Shown here: piece by piece, positions 37,982-47,938 of the stretch
Layout: the number at the start of each line of letters is the position of its first letter
Position numbering within the stretch: position 1 is the first letter of the stretch
Origin: an uncultured Candidatus Saccharibacteria bacterium
Lineage (GTDB): Bacteria; Patescibacteriota; Saccharimonadia; CAZBQI01
Length of the DNA stretch: 64,000 nt
Assembly: GCA_964494105.1 (NCBI GenBank)
Contig: CAZBQI010000002.1
Location: 18,936-82,935 of the forward strand
Direction of reading: 5' to 3'
Program-made: the position numbers and the translations under genes
The notes under the pieces: generated by a model
What the model was told of the DNA's origin: nothing
Database searches by the model: none
What the model saw: the letters and a program-made list of their open reading frames with translations, nothing else

Positions 37982-39247
37982 GTGAAGCATATATATTTTG
38001 TCGGTATAGGAGGAGCAGGCCTTTGTCCGCTCGCGCAACTAGCTAAGAATGCCGGATATTTAGTAACTGGTTCTGATGCCGAAGCATCAAGAAATACACA
38101 CATCCTCGAGACTTTAAACATTAATGTACAAATCGGCCAGTCAGGCAAAGAAATCGCCACCACACATAAAAAGCAACCTATTGACTGGATGGTTGTAAGC
38201 TCGTCAATCAAAAATGACCACCCGGAAATTGCCTTTGCTAAGGAACACGGAATTAAAATATCAAAGCGCGATGAACTAATTAACACTGTATTGAGAGACA
38301 AAAATCTAAAACTTATTGCCGTCAGTGGCACTCACGGCAAAACTACTACAACTGCCATGATTGCATGGTTGTTTTTGCAACTAGGTGAACCTGCTAGCTA
38401 TGTTGTGGGTACTAATCTAAGCTTTGGCCCAAGCGGTCATTATCAATCAAATTCTGATTACCTTGTTCTTGAGGCTGATGAATTCGATCGCCACATGCTT
38501 GCCTACCAGCCTTTCTGTTCAATCTTGCCATCAGTAGAATACGACCACCCCGACACGTACAAAACCGTTGATGACTATAAGATAGCTTTTTGCGACTTTG
38601 TCGCAAACTCGCAGCGTGTGTTTAGCTGGGAAGATGTAGGTAAGTATTTGTCCCTCACAAGCAAAAATCTGCATCTGTATAAATACGACGATTCCTTGAT
38701 TAAGAAGCTTAGTCTGCCAGGAATAACTACAAGGCAAAATGCTTTTTTGGCAGTGCAACTATTTCAATACTTATTCCCAAAAACAGACTTAGAAAAAATA
38801 ATTAGTGCTATAAATAGCTTCCCCGGCACCGAACGCCGAATGGAAAAGCTTGGAAATAACTTATACAGTGACTATGCCCACCACCCTACTGAAATTGCCG
38901 CTACCGTACAAACGGCCAAGGAAATTAACGACAAAATTGTTGTCTTCTATCAGCCTCACCAGAATATTCGTCAGCACGAAATTCAAAACAAATATGGTAA
39001 TTGTTTTCGCGGCGTAGAAAAAGTCTACTGGCTACCAACTTATTTGAGCCGTGAAGATCCGAAACTAAAAACTCTAAGCGCACATGAACTAATTAATCAG
39101 CTAAGTAATCCGCAAATTGCTGAATCGGCCGAAATGAATAGCGATTTAGTCCAGAAAGTTAACGAGCACAGAAAGAACGGTGAACTAGTAATAATTATGG
39201 GCGCCGGGTCTATTGACCCTTGGGCACGAAAGAATATTTTATCTTAG
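37982..39247 (+). CDS. murC: Mur ligase family, UDP-N-acetylmuramate--L-alanine ligase (MurC/Mpl-like)
   Basis: N-terminal Rossmann region IYFVGIGGAGLCPLAQLAKNAGYLVTGSD, and a P-loop AVSGTHGKTTTTAMIAWLF. 421 aa. Confidence 0.75.
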   Translation: MKHIYFVGIGGAGLCPLAQLAKNAGYLVTGSDAEASRNTHILETLNINVQIGQSGKEIATTHKKQPIDWMVVSSSIKNDHPEIAFAKEHGIKISKRDELINTVLRDKNLKLIAVSGTHGKTTTTAMIAWLFLQLGEPASYVVGTNLSFGPSGHYQSNSDYLVLEADEFDRHMLAYQPFCSILPSVEYDHPDTYKTVDDYKIAFCDFVANSQRVFSWEDVGKYLSLTSKNLHLYKYDDSLIKKLSLPGITTRQNAFLAVQLFQYLFPKTDLEKIISAINSFPGTERRMEKLGNNLYSDYAHHPTEIAATVQTAKEINDKIVVFYQPHQNIRQHEIQNKYGNCFRGVEKVYWLPTYLSREDPKLKTLSAHELINQLSNPQIAESAEMNSDLVQKVNEHRKNGELVIIMGAGSIDPWARKNILS

Positions 39248-39253
39248 ACCAAT

Positions 39254-40474
39254 ATGGATATACCCGAAGCAGACAATAGTCCAAAGCCAGAACTCAGCGT
39301 AAACGATCGCCTTGGTATTGCTACAGAATTTATAACTTCTCAAGGCGGGACAATTACCTATGAACAATTCATGGGTCTTAGCATGTATGGCGAGGGCCTG
39401 GCTTCAGACCTAGCAGATTCATTTGGGTACTACACTTCAGGCAGGGCAAGAATCCACGGTGGCGACTTTACAACAGCACCAGAGATGACATCACTCTTTG
39501 GAGTACTAACTACCAGGCGCTTGGCTAACATTTGGGATACACAGGGCAAGCCAGACAGATTTGATATAGTTGAGATGGGTGGCGGGAATGGTGTCTGGGC
39601 AAGAGATATACTGCAAGAGCTAGAATATCTGGACAGAGCTGGTACATTTCCAGGAATTGCTGACTCGATAAAATACAAACTAGTAGAAATCAGCCCGGCA
39701 CTAGCAGCTCGACAGCAGGTAACTCTTGAGGAAGCAGGATTAAGTTCTAAAGCAAGCTGGGTATATGGAAGTGCGCTAGATCTTCCTGATGATTTACAAG
39801 TAAGTGGCGCGTTTATTTCTAACGAACTTATTGATACCTTTCCAACCCACCGCGTGGCGAAACATGGTGGAAAGTTATTAGAAATTGTTGTTAAAACTCA
39901 AGGTGGAAAATTATTAGAAGATGTTCAGGAGCTAGAAAACCCTAGTATTGATAGCTATCTGGAGCAAGCTGATCAAGAAATACCAGAGGGCGGCACAGTA
40001 AACATTAACTTAAGGGCGCTCCAGTGGCTAGACGGAGTTGCCTTGCATCTAGAAAGCGGGCACGTATTAACCATAGACTACGGTAGTAATCGCCTACCTA
40101 GTGAGTTGCGTTTTTTCCCGGATCGAATACATGCGCCACAGTTGCAGTACAGCGAACCAGGGAGTTTTGATATTACCAGTGATGTCGATTTTAGCGCTCT
40201 AGCAAGCCAGGGCGTTGCCAGTGGTTTAGCAACTGTAAATTTTGCTGGTCAAGCAACTTATTTTAACTTGCCACGCACCGCAAACGGTGAAAATGCGTCC
40301 CGAATAGATAATTTGATAACAGGAGATCACTGGACTAAATCTGGTCCGCGTTCAATAAAAATTGGAATTAATAAGGCTGTAGAACTTGCCGGCTTAGATT
40401 GCTATGTGCTTGAGCAGAAGAAACAACTAGCGGTTGTCACCGCTACCGCCAATTTTACCGCGAGCTTTGCGTGA
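39254..40474 (+). CDS. MidA/NDUFAF7-type SAM-dependent methyltransferase (DUF185)
   Basis: FTTAPEMTSLFG motif, and EMGGGNGVWARD (a GxGxG SAM site). 406 aa. Confidence 0.65.
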   Translation: MDIPEADNSPKPELSVNDRLGIATEFITSQGGTITYEQFMGLSMYGEGLASDLADSFGYYTSGRARIHGGDFTTAPEMTSLFGVLTTRRLANIWDTQGKPDRFDIVEMGGGNGVWARDILQELEYLDRAGTFPGIADSIKYKLVEISPALAARQQVTLEEAGLSSKASWVYGSALDLPDDLQVSGAFISNELIDTFPTHRVAKHGGKLLEIVVKTQGGKLLEDVQELENPSIDSYLEQADQEIPEGGTVNINLRALQWLDGVALHLESGHVLTIDYGSNRLPSELRFFPDRIHAPQLQYSEPGSFDITSDVDFSALASQGVASGLATVNFAGQATYFNLPRTANGENASRIDNLITGDHWTKSGPRSIKIGINKAVELAGLDCYVLEQKKQLAVVTATANFTASFA

Positions 40475-40762
40475 GTGTAGTTTATCTAAATTAGCTTTGG
40501 CTACTTCCTCGAATGGTACGTCCAAATAATCAGCCAAAGCCTGCAAGTACCACAATACATCACCCATTTCTTTTACAATTTCCGTTTTTTCTTCGGCCGA
40601 GATTTTGCCCTCTTTGTCGCGAATGATCTTTTTCATCTTCTCGGCAACTTCACCTGCCTCACCAACGAGTCCCAGCGTACGGTAAACTGCTGAATACCAA
40701 AAATCTTTGTCGGTATGTAGTGCCGTCTGAATTGCTAATTTTTGATATTCGTTAAAGTTCAT
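40427..40762 (-). CDS. MazG-like nucleotide pyrophosphohydrolase
   Basis: GLVGEAGEVAEKMKK (the EExxE metal motif) and MGDVLWYLQALADYL. 111 aa. Confidence 0.75.
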   Translation of the reverse strand: MNFNEYQKLAIQTALHTDKDFWYSAVYRTLGLVGEAGEVAEKMKKIIRDKEGKISAEEKTEIVKEMGDVLWYLQALADYLDVPFEEVAKANLDKLHSRKARGKIGGSGDNR

Positions 40763-40773
40763 TTTTGACTGCT

Positions 40774-41145
40774 TTAGTCTTTCTTTTTATCAAGTTTGTC
40801 TAGTTTAAAGCCGTGAATAACAAAATAAATAACTGCAGCAGTTGCTAGTAATATTATTACGGAGTTCAGTACCGCTCCCCAGCCAATAATCAGGTCTTGC
40901 CCACCGCGCGTGAGGCCAGTGTGCCAAACTGTAGCCGAGAGATTAGTCCCGCCCAAGATAAAACCAACTATCGGGCTTATGAACCCGTCAACAATTGTTT
41001 TTACCGTCGCACCAGCGGCAGCACCGATAGCTAAACCAACGGCCAAACCAATAACACCTTGTTCACGAACAAAATCCATAAATCCCTTGGCATGGCTTCC
41101 GGCCTTGCCAGCTAGCTTCTTGCCGTTTTTCTTTGCTTTTTCCAT
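40774..41145 (-). CDS. mscL: large-conductance mechanosensitive channel MscL
   Basis: FMDFVREQGVIGLAVGLAIGAAAGATVKTIVDGFISPIVG. 123 aa. Confidence 0.85.
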   Translation of the reverse strand: MEKAKKNGKKLAGKAGSHAKGFMDFVREQGVIGLAVGLAIGAAAGATVKTIVDGFISPIVGFILGGTNLSATVWHTGLTRGGQDLIIGWGAVLNSVIILLATAAVIYFVIHGFKLDKLDKKKD

Positions 41146-41157
41146 ATGTAATATATG

Positions 41158-41709
41158 CTATCTCAGTTGCTTTGGTTTGTCATCAAGTAGTGAGATGATT
41201 CTAGATGGTCGACCCAATAATTCTCCGCCGTCTACATAAAAGTCTACTGTTTCGCCAAAATATGATCTGGCACTTTGTACATTGTATGCCGGCTTTTTAC
41301 CTTCGGGGTTAGCGCTTGGTGCAATCAGTGGACCCGTTCTTTCAAGAAGTTTCTGCAATTCAGAATGCTTAGGATTGCGAAAAGCTAACGAAGCCTTTCC
41401 GCGATGCAGATATTCCCACTTTCCAAGGCCCGGCCTTGGAAGCGGAAGAATTATGCTAAATGGACCTGGCCAGTAATCTTGGGCCGTAGTAACTTTTGTC
41501 GGGTCAAGATTAAATTGGCCTAAGTCTTTCAAGTTAGAAAACAGAATAATGCATGGCTTAGTAAAGTCTCGGCCTTTTAGGCTATATACCCGCTCTACGG
41601 CACGCTCATTTAAAGCAGATGCTACTAATCCATAAATAGTATCGGTCGGAATAACACCAACCTTTCCGGCTTTAAGCAAATCGGCAGCTTGTTTCCAATT
41701 AGTATCCAT
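41158..41709 (-). CDS. tsaC: L-threonylcarbamoyladenylate synthase (TsaC/YrdC/Sua5 family)
   Basis: GKVGVIPTDTIYGLVASALNERAVERVYSLKGR. 183 aa. Confidence 0.85.
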   Translation of the reverse strand: MDTNWKQAADLLKAGKVGVIPTDTIYGLVASALNERAVERVYSLKGRDFTKPCIILFSNLKDLGQFNLDPTKVTTAQDYWPGPFSIILPLPRPGLGKWEYLHRGKASLAFRNPKHSELQKLLERTGPLIAPSANPEGKKPAYNVQSARSYFGETVDFYVDGGELLGRPSRIISLLDDKPKQLR

Positions 41710-41748
41710 ACGTTTGTAATACTAGCAAAAACTGGCGATAATACAGCT

Positions 41749-42576
41749 ATGAACCTAGACGTATTGAATTGGCTACAAACCCATGCGCTTCCGATTATTC
41801 TAATAGTCTTTGGTGCATGGCTGATTAAAAGTCATGGACTCAAGCCACTCGAAGGTGTTATTCGCCGCTCAATTCAGCGCAAGCACTTTAAATCTGAAAT
41901 CGATTACAAACAACGCCAAGATACTCTGGTAGATATTAGTCGAAGTGTTTTCGGCATGTTGGTATGGGTTATTGCAATTGCGGCAATAATTACAGAGCTT
42001 GGCATTAACCTGGCTCCCCTCTTAACCGGTGCCGGCTTAATTGGCTTGGCATTAAGCTTTAGCGCACGAGATTTAATTATGGATTTTGCCAATGGCGTGT
42101 TTATTATCAGCGAAAACCAATACCGAGTTGGTGATGTTGTGCAATTAGGAAAAGTAAAAGGCCAAGTAACCGACATCAGCTTGCGTGCAACTACCCTGCG
42201 AGACCTAGACGGAACTGTACATCACGTTCCGAATGGTAGTTTTCAGGTAGCATCGAACGTATCCAAAGATTTCTCTAGTGTTAATCTAAATATGCCAATC
42301 AAATTTAGTGCAGACTTAGAAGCAGCCATCACAGCTATCAATAACGTCGGCAAAGAAATTAAGAAAGACAAAAAATGGGAAGCTAAAATTCGTAAAACAC
42401 CAAAATTCCTACGAGTTGAAAGCTTTGGCGACACCACCATTAAGTTAAAAATATATGGTGAAACCGTGCCTCTAGCCCAATGGGAAGTGTCCGGCGAATT
42501 GCGAAGACGCCTTATAGATACCTTCCATCAACAAAAGATTGAGCCGTATTACAAAGATATGTCATTACAAGAATAA
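41749..42576 (+). CDS. mechanosensitive ion channel MscS family
   Basis: Three TM helices followed by the MscS beta-domain (FANGVFIISENQYRVGDVVQLGKVKGQVTDISLRATTLRDLDGTVHHVPNG). The start was moved to the internal ATG so it does not overlap tsaC. Confidence 0.8.
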   Translation: MNLDVLNWLQTHALPIILIVFGAWLIKSHGLKPLEGVIRRSIQRKHFKSEIDYKQRQDTLVDISRSVFGMLVWVIAIAAIITELGINLAPLLTGAGLIGLALSFSARDLIMDFANGVFIISENQYRVGDVVQLGKVKGQVTDISLRATTLRDLDGTVHHVPNGSFQVASNVSKDFSSVNLNMPIKFSADLEAAITAINNVGKEIKKDKKWEAKIRKTPKFLRVESFGDTTIKLKIYGETVPLAQWEVSGELRRRLIDTFHQQKIEPYYKDMSLQE

Positions 42577-42616
42577 TGCTTGATATTTCAATTTTTCGTT
42601 GTAAAATAGGTTACTA

Positions 42617-43537
42617 ATGAGTCTTAAGAATAGAAGCCTGGTTAGTATCAACGATTACACTAAATCTGAATGGCTTCATATTTTAAAGGTCGCTAAGAAG
42701 TTCGAATCAAAGCCCCCAAAAAACCTACTGTCTGGCAAAGTAATTGCCAGTCTTTTTTTTGAACCGTCTACACGAACCAGGCTCAGTTTTGAAAGCGCCG
42801 TTCTTAAGCTAGGCGGTTCAATTATCAGTTTCGCCGATGCAAAAACCACCAGCACCAAAAAAGGCGAAACCCTGAAAGACACCGCGCGCATTGTAAGTAA
42901 ATATGCTGACTTATTAGTTATGCGTCATCCTGTCGAAGGCAGTGCTCGTTTAGCTAGCGAATATATAGAATCTCCTGTTGTTAATGCTGGTGACGGTGCC
43001 AATGAACATCCTACCCAAACACTGCTTGACCTCTATAGTATTCAGAAAACCCAAGGAAAACTAGATAACCTGACTGTCTCGTTTGTTGGCGACTTAAAAT
43101 ATGGACGAACAACGCGCTCACTAATGCTGGCTCTGTCTGAGTTTAAAAATATCAAATTCATTTTGGTTTCTCCGCCCGAACTTAAAATCACATCAGACTT
43201 GCGTTACGAACTCGAACAAAACAATGCCGATTTCGAAGAGATAAGATCTTTAAACGAAGCAATTGAAAAAAGTGACATAATCTATATGACCAGAATTCAA
43301 CAAGAACGGTTTTCTGATCCCCTTGACTACGAACGCGTAAAGGATAGCTATGTTCTGCATGCATCAATGCTTGATCGGGCAAAACCAAATGCCAAAGTCA
43401 TGCACCCGCTGCCAAGAGTACATGAAATTAATGAAGATGTTGACGACACAAAACATGCTTATTACTTTGAGCAAGCGGCCAATGGCATACCTGTTAGACA
43501 AGCTATCATTGCAGTAATTCTAGGAGCCGTAAAGTGA
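42617..43537 (+). CDS. pyrB: aspartate carbamoyltransferase catalytic subunit
   Basis: STRTRLSFE, HPTQ and HPLP motifs. 306 aa. Confidence 0.95.
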   Translation: MSLKNRSLVSINDYTKSEWLHILKVAKKFESKPPKNLLSGKVIASLFFEPSTRTRLSFESAVLKLGGSIISFADAKTTSTKKGETLKDTARIVSKYADLLVMRHPVEGSARLASEYIESPVVNAGDGANEHPTQTLLDLYSIQKTQGKLDNLTVSFVGDLKYGRTTRSLMLALSEFKNIKFILVSPPELKITSDLRYELEQNNADFEEIRSLNEAIEKSDIIYMTRIQQERFSDPLDYERVKDSYVLHASMLDRAKPNAKVMHPLPRVHEINEDVDDTKHAYYFEQAANGIPVRQAIIAVILGAVK

Positions 43538-43989
43538 AAGAACTTAGAATAAGCGCACTCCAAAACGGCACTGTTATCGATCACATACCGGTTGAAGACG
43601 TATTTAGAATTGTCGAAATACTAAAACTCCAAGATTTAAAGAAAGAGATCTCGATTGCTACCAATTTGCCTAGCAAGAAACTGGGGCGCAAAGGAATTAT
43701 AAAGGTAAGCAATGTTCAGCTTGATCAAACTGCAGTTGATGCGGTTGCACTTTTAGCAGCCGGGGCTAATATTGTCATAATTAAGAACTATAAGGTCGCA
43801 AGAAAAGTCGTTATAAAGATGCCAAATATAGTGAAGGGAATTGTACGTTGCTTTAACCCGAACTGCATCACCAACAAAGAAGAAGTCGTGACGGTATTCC
43901 GAGTATTAGCCTCCAGTCCACTAAAATTACAGTGTCATTTCTGTTCAAAAATTATGAGCGAAGATAATCTACGTTTTAAAAATAGTTAG
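43534..43989 (+). CDS. pyrI: aspartate carbamoyltransferase regulatory subunit
   Basis: Overlaps pyrB by 4 bp. C-terminal zinc domain with 4 Cys (CFNPNC...CHFC). Confidence 0.9.
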   Translation: MKELRISALQNGTVIDHIPVEDVFRIVEILKLQDLKKEISIATNLPSKKLGRKGIIKVSNVQLDQTAVDAVALLAAGANIVIIKNYKVARKVVIKMPNIVKGIVRCFNPNCITNKEEVVTVFRVLASSPLKLQCHFCSKIMSEDNLRFKNS

Positions 43990-44903
43990 TGCTGATGGTG
44001 ATGTGCATGCAGTCGTATTGGTAATCGAGCCTCAGTAACATATGTTCCTAAAAATACCAGAATTGCACCGATAAGAAATCCGGTTGTTGGTGATTCACTC
44101 AACAGCAATATCGATGCAACTACACCAAACACCGGTCTTAGATAATCCAATAGACCCGCTTCCTCGCCGCTTATTCCCTGCAGGCCATTGTTGAATAAAG
44201 AAGTAGCAGTAATTACAATACCCGTGCTAATTACTAAGGACGACCATCCAATGCCAGATATCGTGCTGAGCGGTTGGTATTCCTGGAATACGAAACTAAA
44301 TATCGTATACCCTACCCAGGCGCAAAGAATTCGAATAAATGTCTCCTGCTGTGGTGTAGCTCGATTGAGTGCAGGTTTCGCAAGCACCGTACCAATAGCT
44401 GCGAGAACACCACCAATAATAATCGCGGTAACACCCGTACGCGAGAAGCTCGTAAGAGTGTTGTTCGCTTCTACTGGTGAGAGAACCACAAGAAAGGCGC
44501 CTGCCGCAGCAAAGATTATGCCAAGCACATTTCGTGTAGTCGCTCGCTCCTTTAAAAACTCGGCTGAGAAGATAAATACTAGCAAGGGAGTTATTAACAT
44601 GATCACCGAACCAAGCAATCCACTAATCTTTGATAGTCCAAAATAATACAAAGCGTTCGCTGCAAATCCCAGTAGAAATCCACTGGAGATAACATATAGC
44701 CAGGTTCTTTTGCTAAGTCTTTTCCAGTGTCCTTTAAGCATAAAACTAACCACTACCAAAGCGACACTCATTTTAATCGCGCCGTAGAAAAATATTGGAA
44801 TCTCAGCAACACCAATTTTTACTATCGGCACATTTATGCCCCACAAAACGTTTGCCAATGCCACAAATGCTACTGAGCCTTTTGAGTGCTTGCGGATTTT
44901 CAT
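43986..44903 (-). CDS. EamA/DMT family transporter
   Basis: 10 TM helices arranged as two EamA repeats. 305 aa. Confidence 0.75.
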   Translation of the reverse strand: MKIRKHSKGSVAFVALANVLWGINVPIVKIGVAEIPIFFYGAIKMSVALVVVSFMLKGHWKRLSKRTWLYVISSGFLLGFAANALYYFGLSKISGLLGSVIMLITPLLVFIFSAEFLKERATTRNVLGIIFAAAGAFLVVLSPVEANNTLTSFSRTGVTAIIIGGVLAAIGTVLAKPALNRATPQQETFIRILCAWVGYTIFSFVFQEYQPLSTISGIGWSSLVISTGIVITATSLFNNGLQGISGEEAGLLDYLRPVFGVVASILLLSESPTTGFLIGAILVFLGTYVTEARLPIRLHAHHHQH

Positions 44904-44911
44904 ATTGATTA

Positions 44912-46213
44912 CTAGATGATTATTAAGTCTTTTCGACTTTCACCAACCCCCAAAAAACTAAGTTTTGCGCCGGGAATTGTGGTGGCTATAGTCTCGGCAT
45001 ATTTTTGGACACTGTCGGGCAAATCAACAAACTCTCGGATTGTCGAAAGGTCTTCGTTCCACCCGTCAAATACATCGGCTTTCGTGTAGAGTGCCCTGCT
45101 TGCAGAGAGCTCATCATTATCAACAAAAAAATCTTTTGTCGATTTGCCATTATGCTCATATGCTTTGCAGATTTTTAAATCGCCAACACCGGCTAAAGTA
45201 TCGAGTCGAGTAAGAGCGATGTCGGTAATTCCATTTATACGATTAATGTAACGCGCAGCTACCCCATCAAAAAATCCAACTCGACGCGGGCGACCGGTAG
45301 TAGTGCCATACTCGTGACCACGTTCGCGTATTAAGTCTCCTTGCTTATTTAGCAGTTCGGTGGGCATGCCACCGGCTCCAACTCTTGTCTGGTAGGCCTT
45401 AAAAATTCCTACCACTTTTGTTAGGTAGATTGGAGGCATGCCCGCACCTACCAATAGCCCCCCAACAGTAGAATTTGAAGAGCTGACCATCGGGTACGTA
45501 CCGTGATCAAGATCAAGTAAGCCCCCGTGAGCACCCTCAATAACAAACCGCTTTCCGGCTCTTAACTGGCTATCTACAATTTCTTCTGTGTCACGTATTT
45601 TGCCTCTTAACTGATCATGAGCTTTGTTGATTAATGGTTCGTAATAGCTGGGTTCAAATTCTTTGACACCCTTTAAGCCATAGCGAAGCTTTTTTTGCCT
45701 TAGCACTTTTGTAAGTTGCTCCATGCAAAGTTTTGGCCTGAGCAGTAAGCGCGCTTGCAAGCCAATTCTTTCGGCTTTATCCATATAGGTAGGTCCAATT
45801 CCTCGCTTAGTCGTTTCAATCTTTCTTACACCACGTTCTTCTTCTTGCATGCGATCGATGTACAGGTGGTAGTCGAAAGCTAAATGCGCCTTAGGACTAA
45901 TCACAAGATTCGACGTATCTATTCCGCGTTTATGCAAATTATCTAATTCCGTAAGCAAAGTTTGTGGGTTGAGCGCAGTACCCGGGCCAATAATATTTAT
46001 AGATTCTGAGTTGAATATACCTGCCGGTATCAGATGAAGAGCAAATTTTCCTCGGTCGTTAGAGACAGTATGACCTGCGTTATCTCCACCTTGCGCTCTA
46101 ATTACAACGTCAGCTTGTGATGCAAGATAGTCGACAATTTTGCCCTTACCTTCATCGCCCCACTGACCCCCGACAACCGCAATAACTTCTGGTTTGTTTT
46201 TATGTATTCTCAC
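44912..46213 (-). CDS. purA: adenylosuccinate synthetase
   Basis: P-loop GGQWGDEGKGK, and GTTKRGIGP. 433 aa. Confidence 0.95.
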   Translation of the reverse strand: MRIHKNKPEVIAVVGGQWGDEGKGKIVDYLASQADVVIRAQGGDNAGHTVSNDRGKFALHLIPAGIFNSESINIIGPGTALNPQTLLTELDNLHKRGIDTSNLVISPKAHLAFDYHLYIDRMQEEERGVRKIETTKRGIGPTYMDKAERIGLQARLLLRPKLCMEQLTKVLRQKKLRYGLKGVKEFEPSYYEPLINKAHDQLRGKIRDTEEIVDSQLRAGKRFVIEGAHGGLLDLDHGTYPMVSSSNSTVGGLLVGAGMPPIYLTKVVGIFKAYQTRVGAGGMPTELLNKQGDLIRERGHEYGTTTGRPRRVGFFDGVAARYINRINGITDIALTRLDTLAGVGDLKICKAYEHNGKSTKDFFVDNDELSASRALYTKADVFDGWNEDLSTIREFVDLPDSVQKYAETIATTIPGAKLSFLGVGESRKDLIII

Positions 46214-46268
46214 CGTGACTTACTATATGTCGATATGCATCCGCTAGTCAATGAAAGTGCGATATTTG

Positions 46269-46796
46269 TTAAGTAAGTTCGTCTTCTATTAGCTCTTCTA
46301 GATTCTTATGGTCTTTGATGTTAGCTTTCTCTTTTAGCTCATTGTCTTGTATTGGTGTAATACCTTGCTTCTTCATAATTGCATTTAGCATTTTCACAAT
46401 ATAGGTAACCTCCTCTTCGGCAATTACATTAATTTGCAGGTCGATTTCTTCGCGCAAGTCAGCAATTTTGGCTTCGCGGTTTTGAGATATCAACACAATA
46501 ATTGCCAAAAAAATGGCCTCGAGTGAAACCACCATTGTTAGCAATCCAAAAGGAAAAGGATCAAAAGGCTCAAGAATAGGAATCATACCAATGTTATGTA
46601 GTATCCATACTGAAAACCATATTGCGTTTATAATTAAAAAAGTAACGGTACCAAAGAACCCGGTTAGCCAATCAGCGAATATTTCTGCTTTTGTACGTCT
46701 TGCGTCTGCTTGAGCTTTGAAACTCCTGATAATCGTCGACCGCTTGGATTGACCAGAATTGTAATTATTATGCGATTCTCCTTTTGAATTTTCCAT
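46269..46796 (-). CDS. DUF1003 domain membrane protein
   Basis: Two TM helices plus PFDPFPFGLLTMVVSLEAIFLAIIVLISQNR, a pattern typical of DUF1003. Confidence 0.55.
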   Translation of the reverse strand: MENSKGESHNNYNSGQSKRSTIIRSFKAQADARRTKAEIFADWLTGFFGTVTFLIINAIWFSVWILHNIGMIPILEPFDPFPFGLLTMVVSLEAIFLAIIVLISQNREAKIADLREEIDLQINVIAEEEVTYIVKMLNAIMKKQGITPIQDNELKEKANIKDHKNLEELIEDELT

Positions 46797-46866
46797 ATTG
46801 CCCCTTATTTTCCTTCAATTTTAGTGCGCTTTAGTAAATAACGCAAAGTATGGGTAGTATATAAGT

Positions 46867-47535
46867 ATGGCCTTATTTGATTTAGAAGCATTAATAAAGA
46901 CTACTGGCTATGTCGGGATCACCGGCATTGTCTACGCTGAGTCAGGTTTATTGGTAGGTGCACTTTTACCGGGTGATAGCTTGCTCTTTACGGCCGGTTT
47001 TTTAGCCAGTCAAGGCTACCTGAATATTTGGTTACTTTGCTTATTGGTATTTATAGCTGCAGTTGCTGGTGATAATACCGGGTACGAGATAGGCAAACGT
47101 TTTGGTCCACGCGTATTTAAACATAAGGAATCGCTTTTCTTTCGAAAGGACTACGTTGAAAAGTCCGAACGGTTTTATAAAAAGCACGGCGGGAAGACAA
47201 TTATTCTTGCGCGTTTCACTCCTATAGTGCGGACCTTTGCCCCGCTTTTAGCCGGGGTTGGCAAAATGAAGCATTCCACTTTCTTTTTCTATAATGTGAT
47301 TGGTGCTTTCATCTGGGGAGTTGGCGTTAGTCTCCTCGGCTATTTTCTTGGCAAAGCCATACCAAATATTGATAGCTACCTACTGCCGATTATTGCTGTC
47401 ATTATCTTTATTTCGTTACTACCAACCGGCATACATATACTGCGCGACCCAGAGCATCGAAAAAGAATCATGCACCATGTAAAAAGACCCATACGTCACA
47501 TTAGAAGTCGAGGCAGAAATTCTAAATCAAAGTAG
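46867..47535 (+). CDS. DedA/SNARE-associated family membrane protein
   Basis: GYVGITGIVYAESGLLVGALLPGDSLLFTAG, and GKTIILARFTPIVRTFAPLLAG. 222 aa. Confidence 0.8.
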   Translation: MALFDLEALIKTTGYVGITGIVYAESGLLVGALLPGDSLLFTAGFLASQGYLNIWLLCLLVFIAAVAGDNTGYEIGKRFGPRVFKHKESLFFRKDYVEKSERFYKKHGGKTIILARFTPIVRTFAPLLAGVGKMKHSTFFFYNVIGAFIWGVGVSLLGYFLGKAIPNIDSYLLPIIAVIIFISLLPTGIHILRDPEHRKRIMHHVKRPIRHIRSRGRNSKSK

Positions 47536-47551
47536 CAAGATTTTCTTAGTT

Positions 47552-47938
47552 ATGTTAGTAAGTTTATTTAGCTTCATACCGAGTGCAGTTTTTGCAACCA
47601 GCAGCGAACTTTCCAGTACAGGCAGTAGCGCTAATAATGTAGTTGCTGTCATATTGGGTATAATGCTTGTTGTTTTATTCTTTTTGCTGATTTTGGGAGT
47701 TGTTATTGCTTCGCTTGTTTTCTGGATTATGATGCTCCTACACCTAACGAACAATGATGTTCCCGACAAAGAAGTCTGGTTAGTTATTCTGGTTGTTACC
47801 TTCTGTTTTAGCACCCCGCTGCTTGGAGCTATCGCCTACTATTTTGGTGTCAAACGAAACTACATGCCAGCGAAAACTCATTCGTCGCCAAAAAGCTCGA
47901 AATCACAAAAGAAGCAAAAGGCCTCTAAACTTCGCTAA
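47552..47938 (+). CDS. small membrane protein with PLDc_N-like motif
   Basis: Signal/TM at the N-terminus, and KEVWLVILVVTFCFSTPLLGAIAYYFGVKRN, which resembles the PLD-nuclease N-terminal domain. Lys/Ser-rich tail. Confidence 0.4.
   Translation: MLVSLFSFIPSAVFATSSELSSTGSSANNVVAVILGIMLVVLFFLLILGVVIASLVFWIMMLLHLTNNDVPDKEVWLVILVVTFCFSTPLLGAIAYYFGVKRNYMPAKTHSSPKSSKSQKKQKASKLR

Noticed and set aside
37897-38331. 144-aa minus-strand ORF
   Set aside because: Antisense to the well-supported murC-like gene, with a Cys/Leu-rich nonsense translation.
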